Shown in pieces: positions 13,230 to 27,142 of a stretch of DNA of 64,000 nt. Position 1 is the stretch's first letter; each line of letters begins with the position of its first letter. The stretch is from Nageia nagi. Its lineage: Eukaryota > Plantae > Pinophyta. Under the pieces are notes generated by a model. The model saw nothing but the letters and a program-made list of their open reading frames with translations, searched no databases and had not been told where the DNA came from. A program made the translations under genes and the position numbers. The stretch spans positions 153,016,001 through 153,080,000 of the forward strand of contig JBITNC010000001.1 in assembly GCA_050084985.1 (NCBI GenBank), given 5' to 3'.

Positions 13230-15910
13230 CCTAACCACTTGATAATGTTTCAAATAGATCCTATTCAATGGTATATGCAATTATTGAGATCCAACAATAT
13301 GTTGAAGCTTGAATGCATTTTTTTGTAGGGAATCAATGATGATATAGGGACCACTCCATAAGGGATCAAATTTTTCATGCTTCATGGGATTTTGTCTTTC
13401 TTTGTCCCATTTGAGGATGATGTCTCTAATTTCAAACTTGATCAAGGAGAACTTTTTCTTATCGAACCATTTTTTAACAATTTGTTGTCGATGCTAAAAG
13501 GCTTGATATACTTTGTTCCTACCATCTTCCATCTTTATAAATCGATTTAAACTTAGTTTTAGTGGCTCAAAGTCACAATATTCTAACCCTTGTAGGATCT
13601 TTAATACAAGTAACTCAAGATGAATTGGCAACACTAGTTTTTTACCATAAAGTAATGCATAGGGAGATGTTTTGATAGTTGATTTGATTCTAATCCTATT
13701 TTTCCATAATGTATTGTTCAATTATGTGTGCCATTGTATAGGATTCCACTAAATTATCCTTTTAATGATCTAGGTTAAGGTTTTATTTGTTAATTTTGCT
13801 AACTTATTCCTTTGTAGGTAATAGTTTGAAAAGAACATCAACTACATCATGTAATCAATAACAAATTCTGACAAATTAGCTCCAATAAATGTAGGACCAT
13901 TTTCTAATACAATTGTCTATGGGATTCTAAAGCAAGTAATTAACTTTTTAACCATCTTAATTACTACCTCTTGATCTACACTCTTACACGACATAGCTTC
14001 TAATAAACATGAAGTAGTTTGTTGTAGTCAGAATAAACTTATGGCTTGTTGAAGAATTAAAGTTAGTAACACCAATGAAGTCTAAACCACATTGTTGGAA
14101 AGGTTTTTCAACAACCACAACCTTGAAAGGTATTGTAGCTTATCTCCTTTTTTCCACATATGTACTATATTTATCATATTCTCAAGCTATCTTAAATGAA
14201 TCTTAAAATAGAGTAGGCCAATAATAACATACTTGTAATACTTTTTTTACTAGGGTAGGACCATTATAGTGTCCATTAGAGAATTCATAATGGAATTCAT
14301 GTAAAATTTTTTGGGATTCATCTTGAGTCACACATATAAAAAGGGTTTGATCAAAATTCTTCCTATAAATATGATAATCTATCATCATAAACTTTAATAC
14401 TTGTAACTTGAATCTTCTTCTTTGACACCTATCCAATGATTCAGGACAATTACTAGTTTTAAAATAAAAAATAAATTACTTTATCCAATCACTCTTTTGC
14501 TTAAGATGCTCTTCATCTTCAATAATAACAATAATGTGTGTAGCCTCTACTATATTTTTACAGAGAGCTCTTTTCAGAATAGGCTTTTTTGGTTTGATTT
14601 GTATATCTATATTCCATTATTCTTATGATCCAACCAACTTTTCTTCCACCTAATTCCCCTTGTAGAATATAAAATCACATCTGGGTGGATGGTATATACA
14701 AGGATCTTACTCTAGGATACATAATACTTAAACATTTTAATACCTTTCATTATGGAAAATATTTGCTTTTCAATAAATGGATACCTTATTTAATGTTGGT
14801 GTAGTGTTTCAATATGAAAGGTAATGGGATATTCTTATTTATGGTCATCTTTTTGTACCAGTATGGTTGTAATACTTTTCTTTGCTCTATAAACACACAT
14901 AATAAAGTCATTTGAAAATTTTGGATTTTTCAAAAATGGAGCTTCTGTTATAACTTTTTTGATATCATGAAAATCTTGCTTTACTTCATGAGACCAAGAA
15001 AATATAGCATCTTTGTTTAACATTGCTATGATTAGAGAAACAATATGAGAGAAATCACTAATAAAATTTCTAACAAAATTGATTTGACCAAGGAAGGATT
15101 GTAGGGCCTTATTTGAAGGTAGAGGCAATGCTTTAATAGCTTTGACTCTATTAGGATCAATTGCCAATACCTCTTCTTAAATAATGTGGCCAAGAATTTT
15201 TCCTTGGTTAATCATAAAAATTTTTTTGGGGTTGATAGAAATCCCAAATTGCATACATTTTTTAAAAACTTACCTGAGGTGGTTGAGGTGATCCTTTTTG
15301 CTCTTGGAAAATAGAGTAATGCCATTCAAGTAGATGAGGATTATCTTGTTTATCAGTTCACCAAAGGCATGGTCCTTTACTCTTTGCAAAGTAGCCCTAA
15401 CATTGAAGAGACCAAAAGGCATTCTCTAAGATGCAAATATTCCCCACTTGGTATTAAATGCTACTTTATATTGATCCTCATCCTTTACCTAGATTTGGTT
15501 GAATCCTTAATATCCATCCATCATTGAAAAATAACATGCTCTGGCTACTATTTATAGGATTTGTTCCATCGGAGGAAGAAGATAGTTTTCTTTTATGAAC
15601 ACTTGGTCTAGATTTTTGAAATCTAAACATAGTCTAATTTATCCATTATTTTTTCTCATTGGGACTAAATTAGCTACACAAGAAGAATTCTTGATAGGAT
15701 AGATAATTTTAGCATGTATGAGTTTTTGTAACTCTTTTTTCATGGTTTCTTCTATCCTTGGGTTCATTGACCTCAATTTTTTTTTGTATGGCTTGACTTT
15801 TAACTCTAGTTCAATAGTGTTTTGGATCACATTCTTATCATATATCTTTAGATCATCATAAGTCCAAGCAATTACTTTGGTGAACTCATGGAAAATATAA
15901 AGTAGCATAT
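13230..15910 (-). pseudogene. pol RT, RNase H and integrase (decayed)
   Basis: ORFs 15639-15908 (AWTYDDLK, VANLVPMRKNNG), 14835-15167 (LQSFLGQINFVRNFI), 14203-14436 (ILHEFH..YYWPTL), 13494-13721 (TSPYALLYGK). Confidence 0.92.
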
Positions 15911-16193
15911 CTTTTTCTTCTTTAGAGCACTTTGATCTAACTTTTATACATTTTTTGGGTTCAACTTCTAGGTCAGCATTGTTTTAGTTTTTTAAAACCA
16001 AGTTTTTGGCTCTTTGAACATATTTAGAATCAAACAATCATTCAAAGGAAATCAAATCTTAAGGTACAATATTATTTCTTAGCTGAATAACATTTGATTC
16101 TTGAAAATAATCAAAGAGTTCTTCAACACCAAAGGTATGTGATACTACTTCATCTAATAAAAATTTCATAATATGTTCATTAGATTCAAATAC

Positions 16194-16660
16194 CTACCAA
16201 ACATTTGCAATATTAGGTACAAATTGCCTAAATAGGACTTTGAATCCATGACTACATCTCTTGTGATGAGTAGGATTGAAACGTACTCCTTTTTTGGTAA
16301 GTGCATCAAAAATTTGATTATGATTTCTAGGAATGGAGATAAAATTGATAACTAGGACTGATTCCATGAAGTCCCATATCCTATTTCTATAAGTCTTGAG
16401 ATAGTGATATCTTGCACTGATCTTATTTGACTTCATTTATTTCTAGTTTAGAATCACCATGGACTACTAGGCATTTACTTCCCATACTAATAGCTTTAGA
16501 TAACCTTAAACATAGAGCTTCATATTAAACAACATTATTGGTGCAATTCCACATGAATTTGAATGAAAACCTTTTCATGTTTTGTCAAGTGATTTAAAAA
16601 TAATACCATATCCACATCCATGTTTACAATTAGATCCATCAAAGAACATCATCCATACTT
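16194..16660 (-). pseudogene. Additional archaeal-type RNase H (aRH) domain upstream of RT
   Basis: WMMFFDGSNCKHGCGYG, CTNNVV*YEAL, VHGDSKL, IPRNHNQIFDAL are the RNase HI motifs typical of Tat aRH. Confidence 0.85.
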
Positions 16661-17172
16661 CATTTTCCTTTTTAGTTGAGACTAAGATTAGCTAAACATT
16701 TTTATATAATAAGTAGTTACCCATACCAATGTTAGTGACTTGATAATTAATGTCATTTTTTGAAAGAATCTTTGTAGTTAGTAGTGATTCTATGAGTGGA
16801 TCCCTTTCAAATATTTCCACTTATTTAGGTTCATTCATACAATGTTTCTCATAGATATTCTTGAGATGAATATTCTTAGTACTCTCATTTGGGATTTTGA
16901 CATGCTTGTTTTCAAAAGGAAGTAGGAAGTGTATATAATCTAAGGGTAAATCTTTCACCTAGTCTTCCATTGAGAAACTAATAGCTCTTGAAATCTAGGC
17001 TTTCCTAAGGAATTTTTGGCACTACATCTAGTAAATCTAGGTTGTAAAGGTGCTAAGGTTCAAAATATTGACTGGTTTGACATCATAATTACCAATAAGG
17101 TTAAATAAACCCTATAGTATTTTAAGCACAATTTGATAGCTTACTAAACACAACCATATAGCCTACCAAAAA

Positions 17173-17980
17173 TGAATATTACTACTATTGATTAGTATAA
17201 TGTAACCTTAAGGTTTGGTCTAGTCTAGTTCTCCCTCATCTACAATAGTAGGGTTTTTGAAAGAGTAGAAGGTGGTGGGACAATGCACTTGTGGTGGTTT
17301 TGATCTCAATCATTGGGTTATAGGTGAGTTCTTATCTATAAAAGAGGTTACAAGTAACTAGAAAGAAATAAAATATGCAAAGAGTAAATGGAAAGTGATG
17401 AAAATCTAATCTATAAAGTGAGGGAATCAAATAATAAATAAATTAAACTATTCAACTTGGGCATCATCACACAGGTAGTAATCCATAGTCAATACTAAGA
17501 ATAGTACAACTATCTCACTCCTGGGATCTTGCAATTGCAATACATAACCACAATTTAGAACTAAACTTCACACATAAGAATTACAAAATAAGATAACAAC
17601 CACAAAAATGTAAAGGGTAAAATATCATAGTATTGCATTATCATATATGAAAATAGAGCTTACATTGGCCAACTTTGTTAAAATATTTGACCTTTTGGAC
17701 ATCTAATAGTACACTATTTATAGATTCTATTTACAAAATGGGTGGTTATTCACCATTAATGACTTCAACTAACTCCTTTACTAACAATAATATAACTTAA
17801 ATATATACATGTACAAATTTACAATTGTAATTGATTATACAATATGGTCATGATTTAGGACCAAATCTTGAGAATCCATAGACCTTCAATCTTGGTACCT
17901 CTTTGAACTAAAATACATCATATATGTCTTTGAGTTGATCTTATGGGACTATTTTTGAAATTAAAAAGTATGGCTTGCCA
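17173..17980 (-). repeat. 5' LTR of Tat-type element (ends approximate)
   Basis: Collinear with 8437-9242; adjacent to PBS-like site. Confidence 0.8.
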
Positions 17981-19837
17981 TTTTGATTGGTATGATTAAC
18001 CTCTGTTAGTAATTGATAACTACTTAAATCTTTGTAACTATTAAATATTTGACACTATTACTCTAGGTTGCAATCATTGTAAGGGTGAAAATATATGTAT
18101 CATTCAATCCTAAAGGTAAACTTTTATTGACATGTAGAAACAAGTTGTTATCGACACATTCATAGAGATATGGGGGTTATACACTATTGGTTAAGTGGAA
18201 CTGGGTGTTTCTTTTTTCTTATAGTCTTCTTTCATTATTGATGGGTCTTATTTGTCTTGGTGGGCTTTATTTGATATCTAAGAAGTCTTACCACCTATTG
18301 ATTTTCCTCAAAACACATGACATCATTTCTTAAAATTGGTAGGGTCTATTGAATGTGAGCATTGTCACATCTCCCTTTGTTGATACCTTCGGGACTACTT
18401 GATGGTAGATGAAATTAGTGCTCATTGATTTCTATCAAAAGGTACAACTTGTCATTTGGAATTTTATGGGTTTGAAAACATAGCCCACAAAATGACTTGA
18501 CTCTAAACTAATAATTATATACAATAAAGCCCAAAAAGAACTCCCAAACTATACAAGACTCAAACCTAAATAATTAGAATTTCGATTAGACCTAGACTAA
18601 ACTTAGAACACTTATGGACCTCATAAAACATATCCCTAGTTACTATTTTAGATTTGTTACACTTTGTTAGAGAGTATGTACTATATTTTGATATGCAATT
18701 AGATAAGTATAAAGCTATTTTTCACAAGAAGGGCAAAGTTATAGAGTTGAATAGTGAAAATCAAGAGATCAAGGTAATGAATCAAAAGGAAGCAACAAAT
18801 ATGGATACTAATGATTTTCATGAATAAATTTTTGCTATGACATAAAAGGTCGCTCACTTGTATGAATTTATGTTATGTATTGAAAAATGTATGAATTCAT
18901 TAACATCAAAGATAAATAAATTGAATAATTCCTTGAAGTTTTTTGATAAAATATAAAATGCCTCCCTTGTATGAAGAAGATAATAGTATTTATACACTTG
19001 ATGAGATGAAGGTATATAGTGATTAGGAACAACAGGTAGATAATAATTTTACATATTGGAAGAAGGATAATTTTAAAGACAAGTTCTTCAAGTTCATCTA
19101 GGAGATGACTAACATAGAGAAATGAGTAGTATAGCTAGTTGGGATTAAGTGAAATATTATCTTAAAAGCTATTTATTGATTTGTTTCATTGGCTTAACTT
19201 ATTAAACATATAGAACCTTTGATGGATGTAGAGTGGTTAAAGGCTCTCAAAAATTTACTTAATGAATGGACAAATGAAGGCATATTTTGTAGAGATTGAT
19301 AGAGTTTTGTAAAAAGTTGCAATTTTATCTAAGTTTGAGATTGAGTAGCATAAATTCACTAGCTAGCCTCTAGAATGTATACTCATACATATTTTTAGAG
19401 AAATAAGAAGAGTTTTGTATGAGTATGATCATTTTTATCCTTTACTATTTGAAAAAATATTTACACTTAGTCAATTTTGAACATTTATCATAATGTTTGA
19501 TTTTGATAAAGTTTTAATAGTATTGGAGTGAGCAAAAGTTTTTGGAATAGCAATAAAATAGGATAGTGTTGGTACTTAGTCATTTTTGAGTATTTCTCAT
19601 AGTATTCAATTTTGGATGAGATCTGATAGTATTAGGATAAATAAAGTTTACCAAAATTATGAAAAAAATAAATACCACTATACTTAACCATTTTCTAATA
19701 TTTAATAGAGCATTTGATTTTGGCAAAGATCCAGTAGAGCAGAGTAGGCTAAATTCCATTGAAACAATGAGAAAATCAAATAACTCATTTTCTTCAATTA
19801 TAATCCTATTAGAGGTGGTTTAATCATATGTCATGAA

Positions 19838-20820
19838 TGTTAGTTGCATAATGATATTGAAAGGGGGGTTAATTGGTGTAGTAAATTAATTTTTCAATAT
19901 TTAAAACTAAATTAATACAAAACTAAAATCATACACAACAAACATATCCAAAACATCACACAACACAAGATGTAATGAGGTTAACCAATTTGGATACATT
20001 CCCATAAATAATTAATTGGAATTCCATACAAATATAGCTTTTTCAAATCACCAAATTTATAAATATTTTACTAGCACCCACTGGAAGGAGCACCAACCCT
20101 AATTTACTAGCACCAACTGGAAGGAGACACTAATCCCCTAATTTACCAACACCAACTAGAAGGAGCACCAAACCATAATATTGAGCACCAACTTGATAAA
20201 TATATAAAAATCTAAAAAAATATTAAATTTGATAATTAGACCCTAATTTTCTAGCTCATAAATTATTTCCTCTGAAATTTATCTAATCTCTACAATCTTA
20301 TCACACCTTGCACATTGATGATCTCAACTTTACAATCTTTTCACATCCTACACATTGATGATATTAACTCTATATCTCAATTCTTTTCTTCAACATATAA
20401 ACTTATTGTATTCAACCATCTCTCACACCCTAAAAAATAAACTCTTGCCTTTCTAGCCTTTTAAAGTACGATAAACATAATCTAGCTTCTAAAACACTCC
20501 CTACACTAAGAATCCTCCAAAATACCCCCTGACCAAAATGCCTTGAATGAAGGTCAAATATTTAGAAAAGGTAGGCATATTTATATTCAATAGAAATATA
20601 TTTGTGAGGGATATCTAATGAATAAATAATAAACTCATTTAGATTCTTATATCAAAATTTATATCCTTCCAAAGATGAATGATATTTTCTCAAACAATTT
20701 CACTTACTATCTTCCTTGCAACCAAGAAAAACATCACAACATTATAATAATTGCATATTAATTTTACTAGTATATTCCCAATAAAGTGTGTTCATAATAA
20801 TGATAATACCTTTCTCAATA
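19838..20820 (-). repeat. 3' LTR of Sirevirus-like element with internal ~38 bp repeats
   Basis: Collinear with 22776-23715; unit aaggagcaccaaccctaatttactagcaccaactgg about 3 times at ~20070-20190. Confidence 0.85.
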
Positions 20821-22775
20821 ATCTCCCTCTTTGTAATTGTTGGCAATACATACACATATTTTCTTTTAACTCTTCTCCCCCTTTGACAACAATGACAAAG
20901 GCTTGTTGTAAACTCCCTTTGAATCCTTGTATAACATTTTCAAGAACATGTTGAAATAGAAATAATATTAGGAATCACAAATAGGATAAAAAAAAATAAA
21001 ATAATGAGTAATTTCTCCTCTTATCTTTAACTGTTATAAACCATACATAATATGTCAACTTCACTCAACATCATCAACTTAGTAGCATCATCAATATATA
21101 ATAGTTCATAAGCAACTCTATTATCCATATGAAATACATAAAAGTAACAACTTCAATAATGAAAAATTCACTCAAATTCTATTCAACAATACCATACAGC
21201 TACATCAGAATATCATATGAAAATGTTTACTTCCCTATACTACCTACTCACCATCCTCATGTAATTCTTACATAGTAGAGCTTTAAAATTTTGTTTGAAA
21301 TTTCTCCTCCCTAACTTTCCTTCTCTAGACCTTCTTATGCTTGGGTATGGATCTATCATTAATTTTATCTCACTTAGCATTTTGACAATTTTTCTTTGGA
21401 GATAGTCTTTTCTTCATTATTAAAGATTGACCATTCTTCATTCCTTGATGTTCATAATAGTCTCTTCATTGTCTATGATGCCTTCTTTATGGATAATATA
21501 ATTTTTTGTCCTACGATCTATTAGATCCAAAAAGCTTCTACAAAACCTTATCATATGTCAATAAGAATTATAGTTAAAGCATTGTACATCATATTGAATT
21601 TGAATGGCATATAAATTTTTAATAATATGACTCTTTAGTCTAATTTTTATTATGCAATTAGCTTCTCTATGACTAAATTTATTACATCTAAAACATCTAA
21701 CATTTTCATCTAGAATAGAAGTAACTAAGCTTTGATTTACAAGTTTCAATGCATGATATTTGATATACATCTTGTTGCCTTGTTTTCAAATTGGTTTCAT
21801 TTAAAATAATAGCCATAAAATGAATCATCATAGATAGAATGAGAAGGACAAGACCTCTTATATTGATTCTAATTTGTTGCATATATTCTTCTTTAATGGA
21901 TTCTCCTTTTATAGTCGGGCCTTCTATGCTTTAATCAATCATTTTCCCTTTTCTCCTTAGCTTGTTTCTCTTTTGCTAGTTTATTTGGTGATTCAACTTC
22001 ATACTCCTTTTGCCTTATTCCTATAACATTAGAAGTCTTCTTTTCTACATTTTTGTAAGATGATAGTTGCTTTGCATCATATTCAAGATGAAACTTGATC
22101 TTGGGATCTTTTTGTTATTCAAACATATCATCCATATTCTCTATGCCCTTCTCAAACTTGAGGTTAGTGGATAGTTTCCAATAAGCTTCTTCTAGTTATT
22201 TCCTTAATGAAATAATTTTCCTCTTCAAGTTTATGATGGGTTGTATATTTTTCTTTTATCTGCACTATAATTGCTTCTTCTACTTGCAACTTTAGATCTT
22301 GGATATCTTTACTTGCTATCTCTTCATGCATATTGCATTCTTCATATTTATTATCCATGTGTGATCTCAAAACTTTTTCCTTCTTCTTGTCTGTCTCAAG
22401 CTATAAGCATAAATCTTTAATTTTATCACCATATTCTTATAACTTCATTGATAGTCTTTTGTTCTTCTTTCTTTATACACTCAATTCTTTTAGTGCAACA
22501 ATCAACTCTCCTTCTAGATCTATTTAAACATCAAGCTTTTCATCATAATCTGTTTCTTCTTTAGTCTCTACCATATCTATCAAAAATAGTTCACTTGATC
22601 ATTATTCAATATTTGCGGCTATGGATATGAATCTTTCATTATATTCTTTTGAATGTACTTGAATAGATTGAGATGTTTTATTAGATAAGGATCTCCTCTT
22701 TCTACCCATTGTATCACAAACCAAGGTCTTCCTTGGCTAATTAAGCCTCACTTGGGAACCTACTATGATACTAAT

Positions 22776-23715
22776 TATTAGTCACATAATGATATTTAAA
22801 GGGGGGTGAATCATTGTAGTAAATTAATTTTTAAATATTTAAAACCTAAGTAATACAAAACTAAAACCATACAAAACAAACTTATTTAAAATGTCACACA
22901 ACACAAGATGTAATGAGGTTCACCAATTTGGCTACATTCTTGAAAATGATTACTTGGAATTACATTCAAATCAAACCTTTGAAAAGCACCAAATTTACAA
23001 ATAAGTTACCAACAACCACTAGAAGGAGCACCAACCCCTAATTTACCAATGCTAACTAGAAGGAGACACCAATCCCCTAATTTACCAAAACCAAGTGGGA
23101 GGAGCACCAACCTCTAATACCAAGAACCAACTTTGAAAAAAATATTGATCTTGATAATTAGAGCTTGAGTGATCTAGCTTATAAATTCTTTCCTTTGAGA
23201 TTTATCTAATCCCTACAATCTTATCACACCTTGCACATTGATGATCTCAACTCTATAATCTTCTCACATCCTACACATTGATGATCTCCACTCTGCATAT
23301 CAATTCATTTCTTCAACACATAAACATATTGGATTCAACCATCTCTCACACCCTAAAAAAAATGCTTTTCCTTTTTGTCCCTTTAAAGCAAGAAAAATGT
23401 AATCTAGCCTCCAAAATGCCCCTTATGATAATGAACCTCCAAAATGCCCCCTGACCAAAATGCCTTGAATGAAGGTTAAATATTTGGAAAAGGTAGGCAT
23501 ATTTATATTCTTTGTAAAGGTATCTTAAAAGAATATTTAATTAATAAATAATCAACTCAATTGGATGCCTCTATAAAAAGTTATTCCCTTCCAAAGATGA
23601 TTGATATTTTCTCAAACAATTTCACTTAAAACCAACATATCACAACATTATAATAACTTCACTAGAATATACCCAACATAGTGTGTTGACAACAATGATA
23701 ATACCTTGCTAAAAG
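22776..23715 (-). repeat. 5' LTR of Sirevirus-like element
   Basis: Collinear with 19838-20820, adjacent to PBS. Confidence 0.85.
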
Positions 23716-25614
23716 ATGAAGAATCATGGTTAGATCAACCATCTAAACTATTCTAGTTTTGAAGATTTAAGTTATGGCTATCTATATCAAAGCATATCCA
23801 AAGCATTCTTCTAGAATAATGTATTCTACTTATGTATTAGATTCTAAAAGGTTCTTCTAAATCTAGATGCCTATATATATTGTCAAAACCTCAAAAAAAA
23901 TATATTTTCGTTCCAAGAAGATGATTTTAGCTCTCAAATTTTATTTTTCAAGTTTCAAACAAGTTAAAGAGTGTTAACACAAGTGGAAGAATGACCCAAA
24001 TCTTTGTATATTTAAATATGAGTTATAAATCAAACATAGAATCAAATCTGATACTTTTTAAATATCTAGTTAGTTAGTTACAAATATTTCAATATGTCAG
24101 AGTTTATTAGATATTAGTTATAAGATATTTTCTAGAGAAAAACTATAAGTATTACCTCCATTAATTGAAGGAGAAGAGATCATATATACTAGATATTGCA
24201 CCTATTTTGTGCTATCAATTTTTTTCTAGATCTCTTAACTATGATTTATTTATCATTGTTCTTAAATGGTTGTGTGATATGTTTATTTGCACTTCATGGA
24301 CTATGAGAGGCTATTAGTAGTTAATCTATATCTATAAAGCACTTGTAGAGTATTGTGACTCATAATGTCTTATATTATTTGGTGGTTATAAAATCAAACT
24401 ATTTAACTAGCTTGTATTCTACTATAATTGATGCATATGATAGTCTAGATATTTATTTTTTCCTGTCTACACCCACAAACCTAGTATTTTAAGTTTGCTT
24501 TAGTCTTGCAAGTATTTTTTTTGCACCTTTACTTTTGTAAATCCCAATTCAAAACCAATAGGAACCAACCTTCTCTAGACATAGATATCTAATCTTAGAA
24601 ATCATTCATTAGAATTATAGTTTTGACTTTGATATGTGGATGCATGTGAAAATTATCAAATCTTAGTCAACAAATACTAAAACCATATATGAAAACATTA
24701 TCAAAGGAGTAACACAAATACCATAGTTGTAGAGCAGGAAGGACACAGACACCATTGCAATAGTGGAAAATACATTTTTGAGTTGTACAAAATATTGCCA
24801 ACTTGGAGAACACTATGTATAACCAATATGGTTAATCATGAGGGGCTAAGAAGAACATAGGAAAGTTCAATAAGGTGTATTAATATCCAAATAAAGGCAT
24901 AACATCTATCTTTATGGTTTTGTCTTCCAATTTGTTGATCAAAAGGGGATATACTTTTACATTGAGTGAAACCTCTATAAAAACTTTTGTTCTTTGTGTT
25001 GATGTGCATTCTTTATTAGTTATATGTTGATATTGATGCATATTAGGAGAATGGAGAACATAAAGATAAATGAAAATATTTTGAAATCTTTATTTTAGGA
25101 TTCGAGTATGTTATAAGCATCTAGTGAATACAAATCACTTATAGTATCTTGTATGGGGTGATTTCATGAAGAATACTTTTGTTTTGACTTATCATTAACC
25201 TTTATCTTAGAGATATTATGGAATGCTTACCCTAACTTGATGAAAGCCAAGAAATCTATTTTAGAGTAGATGTAAAGTATAATCCATTAGCAATTTTGAG
25301 TACTTTTTTGTTGCTTATTTGCACTATCATGGATATGGATAGAATAATGAAAATTATTCATATAATCAACAACCAACTATTTGTTATAATGTTGAATTTA
25401 TTGGAATTTCATGTGTTCATCCTCATAGTATTTGAAAGGATAATATTATTCTTAAAAGGCTCTACAAATGTATTCCATGTGAGGATTGGAATGTGTTCCC
25501 TTTCACATTATTCCCTATGAGCATGCTAGTAATAAGTCACTATAACAAGTATCTTCAAGATTGATAAAGAAATATTTTAGTCATTTATGAAATGGTTATC
25601 TAGAATTCTAATGT

Positions 25615-26001
25615 TGTTAGGATCCCACATCCTAACATTTAATTATATTAGTGGTATACTTATGATGTAATCAGATTGTAATGTGAATACCATAATTACT
25701 AGTAGGGTGGATTAGGGTTAGGGTTAGTATCATATAAAGATGTTGTACGGCTTGAGAATGTCATCATTCAGCTCAAATTTTTTGATTTGAAGTGTAAAGA
25801 GGAAGCCCCCTTGAAGCGACTAGCGATTTAGCTCTTATTTAGTAAAGCTATTGTGATTCAGTGTTTTCAATTGCAAATTCAAGTTCTATTATCTATTGAA
25901 TATTGATGAATTTTGCAGATCTACTCTTATTTCATTAAAAAGTTGGAAAGCTTATTGTTGTTTTTGCATTATTTTATTTAAGATCTAGTAGAATCGTAAC
26001 A
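25615..26001 (+). repeat. 5' LTR (387 bp)
   Basis: TG...CA with imperfect terminal inverted repeat, followed by tRNA-iMet PBS; TATAAA at ~25733. Confidence 0.8.
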
Positions 26002-27142
26002 AGTGGTATCAAAGCTCTTTCTAGGGCCATTCTGCTAGAGAAAGTTTTTAGAGTCTAGGCTAGAAACCCTATGTCAGGGGTTTTAAAATATCATGGAGGA
26101 TCTATCATTTTTAGCTAAGCACGTTTGCCCGTAAAGCTGCATGCGAAGTGAGGTGCATAAAACTCTACATCAATATCCAAGCCTTAGACAGAACCTATAT
26201 ACAAAATCAAACTTCACATACTGAAAGGTATATCGGAGACCATCTAGGAAAGAAAATTGGAATTAGGTAGGAATCTGTCGATCGTTTGTAAACTGTAGTG
26301 CATCGGTAAGTGGTTAGCCCCGGGAAGTTACTCACCACATAAGCCATCTCCATACCTCTTTCATTATGAAAGTTGGATAGGAGGGGTGTTTAGGTGGGCC
26401 TACAGAGTAAACACACCTTACCCTAGTTCGATTTTTCCATAGAAAACCAAAAAAAAAAAATTAACTTGGGAGGCATAAGGTGCTATAGTAAATTAGTTCA
26501 AAGCTCAGAGTTTAGAGTTCAAAATCATAATATCTTACAGCAAAGCAAAAAGAAATCCAACAAAAAAAAAGGGTGTGTTTCAAGGTTGAGTTTTGGCGGC
26601 CACCTACTGTTGAGTGTAAACGGCTGTGGGCCCCATTGTGAAAAAAATTTTTTTTTACTACTTTTTGATTTTACAGCCATAGAAAAAAAATTGCTACAAA
26701 TAGAGCTCAAATAAAAAAGTTATTTTGGTTTTAATTTTACTCTATTTTGGAGCAAATTTTTACCCAAAATACTATCAAAAAAATTCATAAAATATTCTAC
26801 ATAGCTCTAAAAAAATTGAAATTCAATTTGAATCTTAGTTACACCATTTCTCACCTTTCCATAAATTTTCACATCCCAATTCCTCCATCTTCATATAGTT
26901 TCCCAACATAACCACCATAATTTATTTTCTCCATTCACCATATTTAGGCCAGTATCCACAAAAACATTTTCAATAGCTCAAATTCACTTTTTTGAGACTT
27001 AGACCATTGCAAATATTTTTTTCACACTGATCATTTTGATATACTACACCCATACACTTTTTTGCTTTCCAAAAATAGCAGTTTCTAGAAATAACAGTTA
27101 CCAAAAATAGCAATTTTTCAGAAATAGTAGTTAAAAAAAAAT

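Larger units (their letters stand above)
8437..17980 (-). mobile_element. Decayed Tat-type Ty3/gypsy element with paired ~800 bp LTRs, aRH-RT-RH-INT pol and extra 3' ORF; gag apparently deleted
   Basis: Direct repeats ~8437-9242 and ~17173-17980; PBS-like CATTTTTGGTAGGC on minus strand at ~17160-17174; pol domains recognisable from 16660 down to 13230. Confidence 0.85.
19838..23715 (-). mobile_element. Gag-only, non-autonomous Ty1/copia (Sirevirus-like) element
   Basis: LTRs 19838-20820 and 22776-23715; ATGAA on both flanks (19833-19837, 23716-23720); decayed tRNA-iMet PBS (ctatgatacta) before 22776; repeated PPTs tctccctctttg / tctccccctttgac at 20821-20886; internal gag with IDLEGELIVAL and zinc knuckle CFRCNKFSHREANC; no pol. 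Confidence 0.85.

Noticed and set aside
20070-20190. Regularly spaced repeats that could suggest a CRISPR-like array
   Set aside because: Contiguous degenerate units without unique spacers, present in both LTRs of a plant retrotransposon
17981-25614. Possible 3' LTR of the outer Tat element around the Sirevirus-like insert (PPT-like gagatatggggg at ~18165, CAACA at ~24672)
   Set aside because: No second copy in the window to confirm, so boundaries cannot be supported
25711-25727. TTAGGG-like repeats in the LTR
   Set aside because: Fewer than three units; too short to call a telomeric or interstitial telomere repeat
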